From: an uncultured Alphaproteobacteria bacterium
GTDB lineage: Bacteria > Pseudomonadota > Alphaproteobacteria > HIMB59 > GCA-002718135
Direction: 5' to 3'
Assembly: GCA_902604905.1 (NCBI GenBank)
Contig: CACLAN010000002.1
Span: forward strand, 68,020 to 132,019
DNA: 64,000 nt
The notes below the pieces were generated by a model. It did no database searches and was not told the origin of the DNA. It saw nothing but the letters and a program-made list of their open reading frames with translations. Position numbers and translations under genes: made by a program. Shown piece after piece: positions 62,291 through 64,000 of the stretch. Position 1 is the first letter of the stretch. Every line of letters starts with the position of its first letter.

Positions 62291-63424
62291 TTAAGTTAAA
62301 TCTTCCCAGACTTCTTTTAATTTTGAGAAAAAACCTTGCGATTTTGGGCTATGTTTTTTTGATGTCCCACCTTCATTTTCAAACTCTCTCAAAATATCTT
62401 TTTGTTTGCTATTTAGGTTGACTGGTATTTCAACGTTTGCTTGCACATACATATCACCCCTTCTACTTTGTCGAAGTATACTCATTCCTTTGCCGCGAAG
62501 TCTAAATTGTGTCTCAGATTGAGTTCCCGCTGGAATATTAAGTCTAGCTTTTTTTCCCTCTATTGTTGGTACTTCTATTTCGCCACCTAAAATAGCCGTA
62601 GTTATGGAGATTGGTATTTCACAAAATAAATTTTCTTCTTCTCTTTCAAAGAGTTTGTCCTTTTGAACTTCAACAAAAATATATAGATCCCCATTTCCAG
62701 CGCCTCTTTCACCAGGTTCACCTTCACCGGTTATTCGAATTCTTGTACCTGTATCAACACCAGCGGGAATAGTAACAGAAATTGTTTTTTGCTTTTTTAT
62801 ATTCCCTGTTCCTGAACATTTAAGACATGGATTTTTTATACTTGAACCTTCTCCACCACATGTAGGGCATGGTCTTTCAATTGAAAAGAATCCTTGTTGC
62901 GATCGAACCTTACCTGCACCACCACAAGTAGAACAGGTACTTGGTCCAGATTTATCTGCACTTCCAGTTGCTGCACAAGCATCACAGCCAACATATGTAG
63001 GTATTCTTATTTGTGGTTTCTTTCCAGTGAAAGCTTCGAATAGTGAAACGGACATATTATAACGAAGATCACTTCCTCTTTGAGGTCCTCGTCTTCTTGA
63101 TGATTGTCCTCCAAAACCGCCACCAAAGAACTCTTCAAAAATATCAGAAAAGCCGCCTGCAAAATCTCCAAAGCCTTGAGCTCCACCCATTCCACCTTGT
63201 TTGAAAGCGTCATGTCCATATTGATCATAAGCTGATCTTTTTTCTGAATCTTTTAGAACTTCGTAAGCAGCAGCTGCTTCTTTGAATTTTCTTTCAGCTG
63301 TTTTGTCATCCTTGTTACGATCAGGATGGTATTTCATGGCCTGTTTTCTATAAGCTTTTTTTATTTCATCTTCACTGGCATTTCGTTGAACACCTAATAT
63401 ATCATAGAAGTCTTTATCAGCCAC
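62291..63424 (-). CDS. dnaJ: Chaperone DnaJ
   Basis: J domain with HPD, G/F-rich region, four CxxCxGxG repeats; GTG start with AGGAGG RBS. Confidence 0.97.
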   Translation of the reverse strand: MADKDFYDILGVQRNASEDEIKKAYRKQAMKYHPDRNKDDKTAERKFKEAAAAYEVLKDSEKRSAYDQYGHDAFKQGGMGGAQGFGDFAGGFSDIFEEFFGGGFGGQSSRRRGPQRGSDLRYNMSVSLFEAFTGKKPQIRIPTYVGCDACAATGSADKSGPSTCSTCGGAGKVRSQQGFFSIERPCPTCGGEGSSIKNPCLKCSGTGNIKKQKTISVTIPAGVDTGTRIRITGEGEPGERGAGNGDLYIFVEVQKDKLFEREEENLFCEIPISITTAILGGEIEVPTIEGKKARLNIPAGTQSETQFRLRGKGMSILRQSRRGDMYVQANVEIPVNLNSKQKDILREFENEGGTSKKHSPKSQGFFSKLKEVWEDLT

Positions 63425-63452
63425 ATCTCCTCCTTATAAAAATTATGGAGCG

Positions 63453-64000
63453 TTAATCTTTTTTATCTTCGTCTACTTCTTCAAATTCAGCATCTACAAC
63501 CTTTTCATCTTTTGTATTATCAGCTGATGGTTCAGCACCGGATGGATCAGGTTGAGGTCCAGCACCTTGAGGGTTTTGTTTATAAATTGCTTCACCCATT
63601 TTAAGAGATGACTGAACAAGTGCTTCAGTTTTAGATTTTATAGCTTCTAAATCCTCGCCGTCTTTTACTTTCTTAAGCTCTTCAATATCCTCTGTGATTT
63701 TATTTCTATCAGCTTCAGGAATTTTATCTCCGTGCTCTTTTAGATTCTTTTCAGTTTCATTAATTAAACTATCAGCATGGTTTCTAGTATCAACAGCTTC
63801 TCTTTTCTTTTTGTCAGCTTCAGCATTTTCTTCTGCCTCTTTGACCATTTTTTCAATCTCATCATCTGATAATCCCCCAGAAGCCTGGATCTTGATTTGT
63901 TGTTCTTTACCAGTTGATTTGTCTTTAGCCGAAACGTTTACAATACCATTTGCATCAATATCAAAAGTTACTTCAATTTGAGGCATTCCTCTTGCGGCAG
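63453..64000 (-). CDS. dnaK: Chaperone DnaK (3' part; continues beyond the window)
   Basis: [35 protein letters not shown]. Confidence 0.96.
   Translation of the reverse strand, partial: AARGMPQIEVTFDIDANGIVNVSAKDKSTGKEQQIKIQASGGLSDDEIEKMVKEAEENAEADKKKREAVDTRNHADSLINETEKNLKEHGDKIPEADRNKITEDIEELKKVKDGEDLEAIKSKTEALVQSSLKMGEAIYKQNPQGAGPQPDPSGAEPSADNTKDEKVVDAEFEEVDEDKKD

Overview
AT-rich, very compact chromosomal segment, inferred to come from a streamlined marine alphaproteobacterium (SAR11/HIMB59-like; based on gene content, composition and short intergenic spacers). 0.3-15.6 kb is an expanded phosphonate-catabolism cluster. It has the known PhnW-PhnY-PhnA 2-aminoethylphosphonate route and an HD-domain PhnZ-like oxygenase, plus genes the canonical pathway does not explain: a GpdQ-like metallophosphoesterase, a CUT1/Ugp-type ABC importer, an Fe-alcohol dehydrogenase, a core MetE-like Zn enzyme, a SAM-methyltransferase-fold protein, an AllA-like cupin, a Cys-dependent phosphatase and a DMT transporter. 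Pho-box-like 11-bp repeats precede the transporter genes. This is the best candidate for an undescribed system: salvage of esterified or modified phosphonates. 24.6-31.1 kb is an iron locus (Fe3+ ABC transporter, sterol-desaturase-family protein, secreted DUF4856-like protein). Its 460-bp upstream region carries two Irr/ICE-like boxes, a duplicated promoter element and two large hairpins (candidate sRNA or leader RNA). The rest holds msrPQ, nucleoside salvage genes in three pieces, hsp20 with an RpoH promoter and ROSE-like leader, a DUF1800/DUF1501 pair, a Lys-rich folate/pABA operon with a TrpF-like gene, cysS-thrS-hemB-hisI-ribA, katG, pyc and dapB-dnaJ-dnaK. No tRNA, rRNA, CRISPR array or mobile element was recognised. 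All family assignments come from motif recognition by eye, not database searches.
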